Assembly (NCBI RefSeq): GCF_016127575.1 | Contig: NZ_CP066019.1 | Coordinates: 210,001 to 242,000, forward strand | Reading direction: 5' to 3' | DNA length: 32,000 bases | Source: Cupriavidus necator | Lineage (GTDB): Bacteria > Pseudomonadota > Gammaproteobacteria > Burkholderiales > Burkholderiaceae | Shown here: positions 8,801 through 16,576 of the stretch, piece by piece | How the letters are laid out: each line of letters begins with the position of its first letter | Position numbering within the stretch: the stretch's first letter is position 1 | Position numbers and translations under genes: made by a program | Notes under the pieces: model-generated | What the model saw: the letters and a program-made list of their open reading frames with translations, nothing else | Told to the model about the DNA's origin: nothing | The model's database searches: none

Positions 8801-9606
8801 GCGCCCTCGCCATGGACCAGGCCGAGAGCCTGCGCCGGATGCTGGCGCCGCGCACGACGCGCCGTATCGCCGTGGTCGCCAGCGAACGCGGTGCCGGCGC
8901 CACCACCGTGGCGCTGGGCTTGTCGCACGCGCTGGCCATGCAGGGCGAACGCGTGCTGCTGGTCGACGAAGACGCCGCCGCGGCGTGCGCCACGCGGCTG
9001 TCCGGCGCCAGGCCCGCCGGCACCCTGGCCGATGTCAGCGCAGGCCGCCTGTCGCTGGAAGCTGCTGCAGGCACCGGTCCCGGTGGCGTGCTGTCGGTGC
9101 TGCCGGCTGGCCGGCCTGTGCCGGGCTGCGCCTTGCCGGCTGCTGCCGCGAGCGGCTTTCGCAGCGTGCTGGTGGATGCCGGCGTCGATGCCGACGGCGC
9201 GCTGTCGCCGCTCGCGGGCGGCGCGCACAACGTGCTGATCGTGATGCGGCCTGAACTGGCGTCGATCACCGCCGCCTACGCGTGTATCAAGCGCCTGCAC
9301 CACCTGTATGCCTGGCGCCAGTTCCACCTGATCGTCAACATGGCGGCGAGCGAGGCTACGGTGCAGGCGATCCTGCGCAACCTCGCGCGCACGGCCAGCC
9401 AGTACCTGGGCGTTGAGGCGTTGTGCGCGGGCTGGCTGCCATCCGACCCGCTGGTGGCGCGCGGCGTGCAACTGGGGCGCTGCGTGGTCGAGGCGTTTCC
9501 GGCGGCGCCGGCCACCACCGCGCTGCGCCGCACCGCCGGCAGCATCGGTGCCTGGCCGCTGCGCGCGGACACGTCCACCCCTGCTCCCGCACCCGCCATG
9601 GCCTGA
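8797..9606 (+). CDS. flhG: FlhG/FleN (MinD/ParA-family flagellar number regulator) with a degenerate Walker A motif
   Basis: The GTG at 8797 overlaps the flhF stop (GTGA); an alternative ATG lies at 8812. The protein is colinear with FleN/FlhG: DQAESLR near the N-terminus, IAVVASERGAGATTVALGLSHALAMQGERVLLVDED, LVDAG, ASITAAYACIKRL, IVNMA, WPL. The canonical KGGxGKT is replaced by ERGAGAT. Confidence 0.85.
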   Translation: MSALAMDQAESLRRMLAPRTTRRIAVVASERGAGATTVALGLSHALAMQGERVLLVDEDAAAACATRLSGARPAGTLADVSAGRLSLEAAAGTGPGGVLSVLPAGRPVPGCALPAAAASGFRSVLVDAGVDADGALSPLAGGAHNVLIVMRPELASITAAYACIKRLHHLYAWRQFHLIVNMAASEATVQAILRNLARTASQYLGVEALCAGWLPSDPLVARGVQLGRCVVEAFPAAPATTALRRTAGSIGAWPLRADTSTPAPAPAMA

Positions 9607-9703
9607 GCCTGCCAGCCATGCCATCCAACCGAACCAGACCCTGAGCCAGCCCCCGCCGCACGTTGCGGCGGTCCAGCAATCCAGCATTCACGAGAATTGC
9701 ACC

Positions 9704-10420
9704 ATGTACACGATCCAGGGAAAGCTCGAACAGGCCGATGTGGTCAAGGCGCATGCACAGCTGGTGCGCCGCATCGCCCTGCAACTGGCCGCCAGGCTGC
9801 CTGCCAGCGTGCAGATCGACGACCTGATCCAGGCCGGCATGATCGGCCTGCTGGATGCCGCCAAGCGTTATGAAGACACCCACGGCGCGCGCTTCGAGAC
9901 CTACGCCAGCCAGCGCATCCGCGGCGCCATGCTTGACGAGGTGCGCGCCAACGACTGGCAGTCGCGCAGCCTGCGCCAGTTCACCCGGCGCATCGAGCGC
10001 ACGCAGCGCGGGCTGGAGCAGAAGCTCGGGCGCGCGCCGCTCGACTCCGAAGTGGCCGAGGCCATGGAGATGGCGCTGGACGAATACCAGCTGCTGCTCA
10101 ATGAGGTCTATGGCTGCCAGCTGCTGCACTACGAGGATTTCGAGCGCTCCGGCGAAGAAGACTTCCTGGACCGGCACCTTGGCGGCAGCGATGACGGCAA
10201 CCCGCTGACCGTGCTGATGGAAAGCGGCATGCGCGAGGCGCTGATCCGCGCCATCGACCGGCTGCCGGAGCGCGAGAAGCTGGTGCTGTCGCTGTGCTAT
10301 GACCAGGAGCTGAACCTGCGCGAGATCGGCGCGGTGCTCGATGTGACCGAGTCGCGCGTGTGCCAGATCCGCGGCCAGGCGATCACGCGGCTGCGCAACC
10401 AGCTGCGCGGCTTGCTGTGA
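9704..10420 (+). CDS. fliA: Flagellar sigma factor sigma-28 (FliA)
   Basis: I take the ATG at 9704 as the start; the track ORF begins at 9413 with an Arg/Pro-rich spurious extension. Motifs include LVRRIALQLAARLP..IDDLIQAGMIGLLDAAKRYE (region 2) and LNLREIGAVLDVTESRVCQIRGQAITRLR (region 4.2 HTH). Confidence 0.95.
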   Translation: MYTIQGKLEQADVVKAHAQLVRRIALQLAARLPASVQIDDLIQAGMIGLLDAAKRYEDTHGARFETYASQRIRGAMLDEVRANDWQSRSLRQFTRRIERTQRGLEQKLGRAPLDSEVAEAMEMALDEYQLLLNEVYGCQLLHYEDFERSGEEDFLDRHLGGSDDGNPLTVLMESGMREALIRAIDRLPEREKLVLSLCYDQELNLREIGAVLDVTESRVCQIRGQAITRLRNQLRGLL

Positions 10421-10857
10421 TGCAGGCGCTGGGCCGCGCCGCGCGCGGCGCTTGCTGGCTGCTGGCTGCCGCATCGGCCTGCGCCTGGGCCGCCATCGAG
10501 GGCGGCACCCGCCACGCCTGGACCGGATCGGTCAACGGGCCGGCACTCCACGGCCGCGGACAGCGCGCGGTGTCGCCGCCGATCCTGCCCACCGGCGTCT
10601 TGCCGCAGTCAGAAGGGGTCATCACGTCGGTGCGCTGGCGCTACAGCTTCGCCAAGACCCCACCGCTGGAACTGCAAGCCTATCTCTGCAATGCCCAGCG
10701 CTGCGTGCTGCTGCCGCAGGCGGAAGGCAAGACCGATGCGTTCTTCGGGGATGATGCCACCAAGGGCTTTGTGTTTGCGTTCCGGGTGCCGGGGCAGGGC
10801 AGCCTGGTGCCGGTGCTGCAGGGGCGCAGCAATGAGGTGGTGGTGGGGTTTAGGTAG
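10420..10857 (+). CDS. flhE: FlhE-like periplasmic flagellar protein
   Basis: The ATG at 10420 overlaps the fliA stop by 1 nt (TGATG). Signal peptide MQALGRAARGACWLLAAASACAWA. The C-terminal half follows the FlhE-family pattern as I remember it (WRY...LC...RCV...VPG.G.L.P.L.GRSN.V.VGFR). Confidence 0.6.
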   Translation: MQALGRAARGACWLLAAASACAWAAIEGGTRHAWTGSVNGPALHGRGQRAVSPPILPTGVLPQSEGVITSVRWRYSFAKTPPLELQAYLCNAQRCVLLPQAEGKTDAFFGDDATKGFVFAFRVPGQGSLVPVLQGRSNEVVVGFR

Positions 10858-10863
10858 GAGTGA

Positions 10864-10913
10864 ATGTTCCGTTCTTTCGTCACTTCTGAATAAGTGACGA
10901 AAGAACGGAACAT
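10864..10913. terminator. Perfect 22-bp-stem hairpin (6-nt loop) between the convergent flhE and flgN genes; probable bidirectional terminator
   Basis: ATGTTCCGTTCTTTCGTCACTT (10864-10885), loop CTGAAT, then AAGTGACGAAAGAACGGAACAT (10892-10913), with no mismatches. It begins 7 nt after the flhE stop and ends 12 nt before the flgN stop. There is no flanking U-tract on either strand. Confidence 0.55.
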
Positions 10914-10925
10914 CTGGCGATCGCC

Positions 10926-11387
10926 TCAACCCGCCGCCAGACTCACCCCACCAGCCCCGGCCGCCGCCTTCCCATCCTTCCCATACAACCCCGCATCCCC
11001 GCCACTATGCTGGCGCAGCGCCTGAATGGCTTCGCGGGTGAAATCGAGGTGGGCATTGACGACGGCGCCGTTCAGGGCGTTGCCGTCGCGCGCGGTGCGC
11101 GCGGCGAAGATCAGCTGGCGCCAGGCGTCGGCCACGGCCGGGTCGACCTGGCGGCCGAGCAGCTGGCCTTCGGGGCCGGCGCGCAGGCCAAGCGCGCCCA
11201 TCTGGGCTTCGCGGGCCTTGAGCTGGCGGGACAGGGCCTGGCCCAGTTCAACCTTGCGCGTCAGCAGTCCGCTCAGGGACTGGAAGTCGCCCCGCTTGAG
11301 GGCGTCGCGCTCTTCGGCGAGGAGTTGGCCGAAGGCCTGGATGCCTTCGGTTTCGCGCTGCAGGGACTGGATCAGGCTCTGGTTCAT
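10926..11387 (-). CDS. flgN: Flagellar export chaperone FlgN (for FlgK/FlgL)
   Basis: 153-aa helical protein in the conserved position downstream of flgM. The FlgN-like N-terminus is LIQSLQRETEGIQAFGQLLAEERDALKRGDFQSL. Confidence 0.8.
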   Translation of the reverse strand: MNQSLIQSLQRETEGIQAFGQLLAEERDALKRGDFQSLSGLLTRKVELGQALSRQLKAREAQMGALGLRAGPEGQLLGRQVDPAVADAWRQLIFAARTARDGNALNGAVVNAHLDFTREAIQALRQHSGGDAGLYGKDGKAAAGAGGVSLAAG

Positions 11388-11392
11388 TTGGG

Positions 11393-11701
11393 CTAGCGGG
11401 GTTCGGCCTGGCCAAGCTCGCGCAGGGTCGCGAGCAGGCCGTCGGCAATCTTGCCCGGGTCGATCCTGATCCGGCCCTCGGCGATGGCCTGGCGGATCTC
11501 TTCGACCTTGGCGGTGTCGATATCGTCGTCCGTGGGCTGCGTCAGGCGGGCGCTGATGTCGCGCACCTGGGCGGCCAGCGGGCTGACGCTCAGGCCGGCG
11601 GACGGCGCCGCGGCGCTGGCCGGCGCGGCCTGGGGCCGGGCGGCGGCAGCGTCCGCGGGGGCGTCGGCGGGCCGGGACGAGGCGGTGTGGTTGATCTTCA
11701 C
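11393..11701 (-). CDS. flgM: Anti-sigma-28 factor FlgM
   Basis: 102 aa with a GTG start. The N-terminal half is disordered and Ala/Pro-rich. The C-terminal part, DIDTAKVEEIRQAIAEGRIRIDPGKIADGLL, is typical of the FlgM sigma-binding region. Confidence 0.9.
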   Translation of the reverse strand: MKINHTASSRPADAPADAAAARPQAAPASAAAPSAGLSVSPLAAQVRDISARLTQPTDDDIDTAKVEEIRQAIAEGRIRIDPGKIADGLLATLRELGQAEPR

Positions 11702-11729
11702 GGGGCGTTCCTTGCTGGTTTCCTATGGC

Positions 11730-11756
11730 ATTACGGTAGCGCCGGCGAATTCTTTA
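11730..11756 (-). promoter_or_regulatory. Weak candidate sigma-28-type promoter for flgMN
   Basis: The minus strand reads GCCCTAAAGAAT-N11-ACCGTAAT. The -35 half is good and again embedded in CCTAAAG. The -10 half matches GCCGATAA at only 4 of 8 positions. It lies about 29 nt upstream of the flgM start. Confidence 0.3.
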
Positions 11757-11862
11757 GGGCGCTCGCCCCGATTTCGCCGCGCAGCGATGTCGGCGGCATT
11801 TTCGCATGCCGCCCGCCACGGGTTTGCAGTCTTTTGGCCACGATCAAGGCACTTTCGGCGGG

Positions 11863-12654
11863 CTACTGCAGCACCACGGTGTCGCCGCTGCGCACCAGCC
11901 CGTTGACCACCTGGCCGCTGCGCAGGCGCACCTGCACGGTGTTGCCAGTGGCGGCATCGGCCAGCACCTTGCCTTCGCTGGTGATCTGGAAGGCATCGCC
12001 TTCCACGGCCACGGTGACGGTCTGGCCCTGGCGCACGGCGATGGCCTTGCGCAGCAGGTCAGACCGTATCGGCGAGCCGGCGGCAATACGGTTGGCGGTG
12101 ACCGCGCCGGCAAGCTGCGCCGGGTCGGTGATCACCGCGCGCGGCAGCGTGCCCAGGTCGCCCTGGCGGACTTCGATATCGGCCTGGCCGACCGGCTCGC
12201 CCGGGCCCAGCGCGCGCGCGGCGACGTAGTAATCGGTCAGCACCGACACGCGCGCCTGCATGTAGCGCACCCACGGCCGCTCGCCGCCGCAGCGCACGCC
12301 GACGGAGACGCGGCCCCAAGGCGACGTGCCGGCGGGCAGGAACGGGTCGGGCGCAAGGCAATCCGGCGCGCGCCCACCCGAAGGCGGCGCCACCTGCACG
12401 CTGACCTTGCCCGGCAGGCCGGCGGTCTGCTGCAGCAGGAAGCGTTCCACGGCAACGCGCGCGGGGTCTTCGGCAAAGGGGCTGGCAGCGGGGTTGGCAG
12501 CATAGGCAGCCTGCTGCTGGCCGTGCGCGGCCGCCGCCTGCATGGCGACGGGCATGACCTGCGCCGGCGCGGCACCGGCGGCGGCGGGCCCAAGCAGGCA
12601 GGCCGCCAGCAGGGCTTGCGCCAGGCTGCGGGCGTTGCGGCGATTCTGTTTCAT
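11863..12654 (-). CDS. flgA: Flagellar P-ring assembly chaperone FlgA
   Basis: I take the ATG at 12654 as the start (MKQNRRNARSLAQALLAACLLGPAAAGAAPA signal peptide); the track ORF extends to 12744. The C-terminal SAF-like region is GEPVGQADIEVRQGDL...GQTVTVAVEGDAFQITSEGKVLADAATGNTVQVRLRSGQVV.G.V. Confidence 0.85.
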   Translation of the reverse strand: MKQNRRNARSLAQALLAACLLGPAAAGAAPAQVMPVAMQAAAAHGQQQAAYAANPAASPFAEDPARVAVERFLLQQTAGLPGKVSVQVAPPSGGRAPDCLAPDPFLPAGTSPWGRVSVGVRCGGERPWVRYMQARVSVLTDYYVAARALGPGEPVGQADIEVRQGDLGTLPRAVITDPAQLAGAVTANRIAAGSPIRSDLLRKAIAVRQGQTVTVAVEGDAFQITSEGKVLADAATGNTVQVRLRSGQVVNGLVRSGDTVVLQ

Positions 12655-12899
12655 CTGGACTTCCCGGCAAGATCGGCACGGCATGCACGGCATGCCTGGC
12701 GCACCGCCCCGTGACTGGCCGCGCGCCCCGTTTACATCTGTCATCGGGGTCCCATTGTAGGCAGCCCCTCGCGCGAGGGCGGGCCGAAATGCATGGATTT
12801 CCCGTCCTTATTCATCCGATTGGCGTGACAGGTCGCCGCCTAAGATGGCAACCCTGAAGAAGGTCGTTCGCTCCGTTCACGTGAGCAGGGAGATGCCAG
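12655..12899. promoter_or_regulatory. Divergent flgA / flgB control region (class II promoters expected)
   Basis: A 245-nt gap lies between the divergently transcribed flgA and flgB. It contains a tandem 9-mer GCACGGCAT x2 (12676-12693), a perfect 14-bp palindrome CCCTCGCGCGAGGG (12766-12779), and an imperfect inverted repeat CCGAAAT-N6-ATTTCCCG just downstream. I could not recognise a definite FlhDC box. Confidence 0.5.
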
Positions 12900-13307
12900 A
12901 TGATTGACAGACTCGACGCGGCACTACGTTTCCAGCAGGAAGCGCTGAGCCTGCGCAACCAGCGGCAGTCGGTGATTGCCTCCAACATCGCGCACGCGGA
13001 CACGCCCGGCTACAAGGCGCGCGATTTTGATTTCTCCAGCACGCTGGCCCAAAGCGTCGAACGCGGCCATCGCAATGAGGGCATGTCGCTGTCCACCACC
13101 TCGGTGCGCCATCTGCCCGCGCAGGCCCCGGGGCGCGAGGAATTCGACCTGGCTTACCGCATCCCGCTGCAGTCCAGCGTCGACGGCAACACCGTGGAAA
13201 TGGATGCCGAGCGCGTGGCCTTCGCCGACAACGCCGTGCACTTCGAGTCCGGCCTGACGGTGATGAATTCAAAGATCAAGACCATGCTGGCCGCCATCCA
13301 GCAATAG
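12900..13307 (+). CDS. flgB: Flagellar proximal rod protein FlgB
   Basis: MIDRLDAALRFQQEALSLRNQRQSVIASNIAHADTPGYKARDFDF; a GGGAGA SD lies upstream. Confidence 0.95.
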   Translation: MIDRLDAALRFQQEALSLRNQRQSVIASNIAHADTPGYKARDFDFSSTLAQSVERGHRNEGMSLSTTSVRHLPAQAPGREEFDLAYRIPLQSSVDGNTVEMDAERVAFADNAVHFESGLTVMNSKIKTMLAAIQQ

Positions 13308-13331
13308 ATCGAGCAGTAAGGGAGAGAGCGC

Positions 13332-13739
13332 ATGCCGGCAATGAACATCTTCGACGTCGCGGGCTCGGCCATGGCCGCGCAGTCGCAGCGCATGAACGTG
13401 ACCGCTTCCAACCTGGCCAACGCCGACAGCGTGGTCAGCCCCGACGGCCAGGCCTATCGCGCCAAGCAGGTCGTGTTCGGCATGGCGCCCACGCCGGGGC
13501 AGACGGACATCGGCGGCGTGCAGGTGCGAGGCGTGTCGGAAGACCCGTCGCCGCCGCGCATGGTGCACAACCCCACGCACCCCATGGCCAATGCCCAGGG
13601 CTACGTGGTGATGCCCAACGTCAACCCGGTGGAGGAGATGGTCAACATGATCTCGGCCTCGCGCTCCTACCAGGCCAACGTGGAAGTGCTCAATACCGCC
13701 AAGAACATGATGCTCAAGACGCTGACGATCGGCCAGTGA
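13332..13739 (+). CDS. flgC: Flagellar proximal rod protein FlgC
   Basis: [27 protein letters not shown]... and C-terminal [24 protein letters not shown]. Confidence 0.95.
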   Translation: MPAMNIFDVAGSAMAAQSQRMNVTASNLANADSVVSPDGQAYRAKQVVFGMAPTPGQTDIGGVQVRGVSEDPSPPRMVHNPTHPMANAQGYVVMPNVNPVEEMVNMISASRSYQANVEVLNTAKNMMLKTLTIGQ

Positions 13740-13794
13740 CAAGCCTCGGCCTGTATCGGCAACGCCTCCACCAGCACGCACACAACGAACCGAC

Positions 13795-14460
13795 ATGACA
13801 ACCACCTCCGCGGTAGGCAGCAACACCCAGGGCATCAACGACGCCCTCAAGAGCGGCAGCGCCAGCGCGTCCGAGCTGCAGAACAACTTCCTGACCATGC
13901 TCGTCACGCAGATGAACAACCAGGACCCGCTTAACCCGATGGACAACGCGCAGCTGACCTCGCAGCTGGCGCAGATCAGCACGGTCAGCGGCATGCAGAC
14001 CATGAACGCGACGCTGTCGCAGTTGCTGTCGCAGGTCAGCGCCAGCCGCGCCATGGACTCCGCGGCGCTGATCGGCCATACCGTGATGGTGCCGGGCAAG
14101 CAGGTGTCGGTGGCAGGCGGCGTGCCGGGCAAGTTTGGCCTGGACCTGCCGTCGACCGCGGATGCGGTCACCGTCGACGTGCTCGACAAGGACGGCAACG
14201 TGGTGCGCACCATCGACATGAAGGGGCAGACCGCGGGCGTGCACAACGTCGCATGGGACGGCAAGAACAACGCCGGCGCGGCCGTGGCCGACGGCGACTA
14301 CACCTTCAAGGTGACCGCCACCGCCAACGGCACCTCGGTGCAGCCGGTGGCGCTGGTCTACGGCAAGGTCCAGAGCATCAGCGGCGACGCCAGCGGCGTG
14401 CTGGTGGACCTGGGCGACGGACAGACCGCGAACGTCGACGACGTACGCCGCATTCTCTGA
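13795..14460 (+). CDS. flgD: Flagellar hook capping/assembly protein FlgD
   Basis: ELQNNFLTMLVTQMNNQDPLNPMDNAQLTSQLAQISTVSGM plus a C-terminal FlgD Ig-like region (WDGKNNAGAAVADGDYTF). Confidence 0.95.
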   Translation: MTTTSAVGSNTQGINDALKSGSASASELQNNFLTMLVTQMNNQDPLNPMDNAQLTSQLAQISTVSGMQTMNATLSQLLSQVSASRAMDSAALIGHTVMVPGKQVSVAGGVPGKFGLDLPSTADAVTVDVLDKDGNVVRTIDMKGQTAGVHNVAWDGKNNAGAAVADGDYTFKVTATANGTSVQPVALVYGKVQSISGDASGVLVDLGDGQTANVDDVRRIL

Positions 14461-14525
14461 AACGCAGGTGCCGGCAGCGCACAGGCGCCGGCCGGCTTCA
14501 ACGACCAAGCAAAAAGGAAGCAATC

Positions 14526-15752
14526 ATGGGTTTCGGTCAAGGGGTAAGCGGCCTGAACGCCGCCGCGTCCAATCTGGACGTGATTGGCAACAACATCGCC
14601 AACGCCAACACGGTTGGCTACAAGCAATCGGCAGCGCAGTTTGCCGATGTCTACGCAGGCACCAAGATCGGCCTGGGCGTGCGCGTGAACTCGGTGGTGC
14701 AGTCGTTCAACCAGGGCAATATCGAAGCCTCAGGGCGCTCGCTGGATGTGGCTATCACCAACGGCAACGGCTTCTTCCGCCTGACCAGCCCGGAAGGCGC
14801 GGTCTACTACTCGCGCAACGGCCAGTTCCAGCGCCAGGAAGACGGCCGCATCACCAATATGCAGGGCCTGCAGGTGACCGGCTATCCGGCGGGCGTGGCC
14901 GGCGGCGCGGGCGTGCAGCCGCAGCCGCTGGTGATCAGCAACGCGCAGATGGAGCCCCGCGCTACCAGCAACATCACCGCCAAGTTCCAGCTTGACTCGC
15001 GCGCCACCGTGCCGACGCAGGCCTTCGCCAGCGCGGCCGGCTCGCCGCCGACCAGCAATATGTTCAACTACAGCACGGCGATCAACGTCTATGACTCGCT
15101 GGGCAACAAGCAGCAGCTGATGGCGTACTTCGCCAAGTCGGCGGGCGCCCCGACCGTCGCCGGTGGCACCGACTGGCGCATGTATGTGACCGACGTCAAC
15201 GGCAATGCCGTCGGCGGCGCACCGGTCACACTCGCGTTCGACAACGCCGGCGCACTGCAATCGCCGGCGGCCGGCGCCATCACCCTGAGCCAGCCGGCCG
15301 CCAATGGCGCGCAGGCTATGGCGATGAAGCTGGACCTGACCGGCACCACCCAGTTCGGCGCCGACAACGACGTCAAGCAGCTCAGCCAGAACGGCTACAC
15401 CTCGGGCAGCCTGCTGGGCTTCTCGGTCAATGGCGACGGCACCATCACCGGCAACTATTCCAACGAGCAGACCAAGCCGCTCGGCCAGATCGTGATGGCC
15501 GCATTCGGCAACGTCGAAGGCCTGAAGCCGGAGGGCGACAACGTGTGGTCGGCCACCGGCGCCTCCGGCCAGGCGCTGGTCGGCGTGGCCGGCGGCAGCA
15601 TGGGCACGCTGCGCTCCAATGCGGTGGAAGCTTCCAACGTGGACCTGTCCGGCCAGCTGGTCAACCTGATCGTTGCGCAGCGCAACTACCAGGCCAATGC
15701 GCAGACCATCAAGGCGCAGGACACGGTCATGCAGACCCTGGTCAACCTGTGA
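14526..15752 (+). CDS. flgE: Flagellar hook protein FlgE
   Basis: The ATG at 14526 is preceded by AAAAAGGAAG; the track ORF starts at 14253 inside flgD in another frame context. N-terminus MGFGQGVSGLNAAASNLDVIGNNIANANTVGYK and C-terminus LIVAQRNYQANAQTIKAQDTVMQTLVNL. Confidence 0.95.
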   Translation: MGFGQGVSGLNAAASNLDVIGNNIANANTVGYKQSAAQFADVYAGTKIGLGVRVNSVVQSFNQGNIEASGRSLDVAITNGNGFFRLTSPEGAVYYSRNGQFQRQEDGRITNMQGLQVTGYPAGVAGGAGVQPQPLVISNAQMEPRATSNITAKFQLDSRATVPTQAFASAAGSPPTSNMFNYSTAINVYDSLGNKQQLMAYFAKSAGAPTVAGGTDWRMYVTDVNGNAVGGAPVTLAFDNAGALQSPAAGAITLSQPAANGAQAMAMKLDLTGTTQFGADNDVKQLSQNGYTSGSLLGFSVNGDGTITGNYSNEQTKPLGQIVMAAFGNVEGLKPEGDNVWSATGASGQALVGVAGGSMGTLRSNAVEASNVDLSGQLVNLIVAQRNYQANAQTIKAQDTVMQTLVNL

Positions 15753-15778
15753 CCGCTACGCTGAGCTGAGCCGCCGCC

Positions 15779-16522
15779 ATGGACCGCATGATCTACACCG
15801 CCCTGTCGGGCGCCAAGCAGATACTCGACCAGCAAGCGGCGGTATCGAACAACCTCGCCAACGTCTCCACGCCGGCCTTCCGCGCGCAGGTCAACCTGTA
15901 CCGCGCGGTGCCGGTGGTCGGGCCGGAGGCGGGCACGCGCGCGTTTACGGTGGCCTCGACCCCCGGCGCCGACATGCGCGCCGGCCCGCTGACCTACACC
16001 GGCCGCACGCTGGATGTGGCGCTGCAAGGCAATGGCTGGCTGGTGGTGCAGGCACCGGACGGCACTGAGGCCTACACCCGCGCCGGCGCGCTGCAGGTGG
16101 CGCAGGACGGCCAGGTGCAGACCATCTCCGGCCTGCCGGTGATGGGCGATGGCGGTCCGCTGGCGGTGCCGCCGGGCTCGCAGGTGACCATCGGCACCGA
16201 CGGCACCATCACCGCGCGCGGCCCCGGCGAAGCCTCTGCCGGCCTGGCGCAGGTGGGCCGGCTGCGCGTGGTCAACCCGCCCAACGACGCCATCGCGCGC
16301 GGCGATGACGGCCTGTTCCGCCTGCGTCCCGGCGCGCAGCCGCTGGAGGCCGATCCCACCGTGCGCGTGATCTCGGGCGCGCTGGAAGGCAGCAACGTCA
16401 ACCCGACCGAAGCCATGGTCGAGATGATCGCCAATGCCCGCCGCTTCGAGATGCAGATGAAGATGATCCAGGGCGCCGACGGCAACGAGCAGCGCGCCAA
16501 CCAGCTGCTCTCGACCAACTGA
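15779..16522 (+). CDS. flgF: Flagellar proximal rod protein FlgF
   Basis: [37 protein letters not shown] and C-terminal EMIANARRFEMQMKMI. Confidence 0.93.
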   Translation: MDRMIYTALSGAKQILDQQAAVSNNLANVSTPAFRAQVNLYRAVPVVGPEAGTRAFTVASTPGADMRAGPLTYTGRTLDVALQGNGWLVVQAPDGTEAYTRAGALQVAQDGQVQTISGLPVMGDGGPLAVPPGSQVTIGTDGTITARGPGEASAGLAQVGRLRVVNPPNDAIARGDDGLFRLRPGAQPLEADPTVRVISGALEGSNVNPTEAMVEMIANARRFEMQMKMIQGADGNEQRANQLLSTN

Positions 16523-16576
16523 CCTGAATGACTGACCGGCACGGCGCACCGTGCCAGCACCAACGCAAGGACCACC

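Noticed and set aside
9413-9703. N-terminal extension of the fliA ORF in the track, with similar extensions for flgE (14253-14525), flgA (12655-12744), the pseudo-receiver (24370-24675), the aldolase (29942-30115), the cupin (27662-27727) and the CsgG-like gene (1216-1263)
   Set aside because: The extensions are Arg/Pro/Ala-rich, overlap upstream genes or regulatory DNA, and lack an SD. Internal ATG or GTG codons with good SD sequences give N-termini that match the families.
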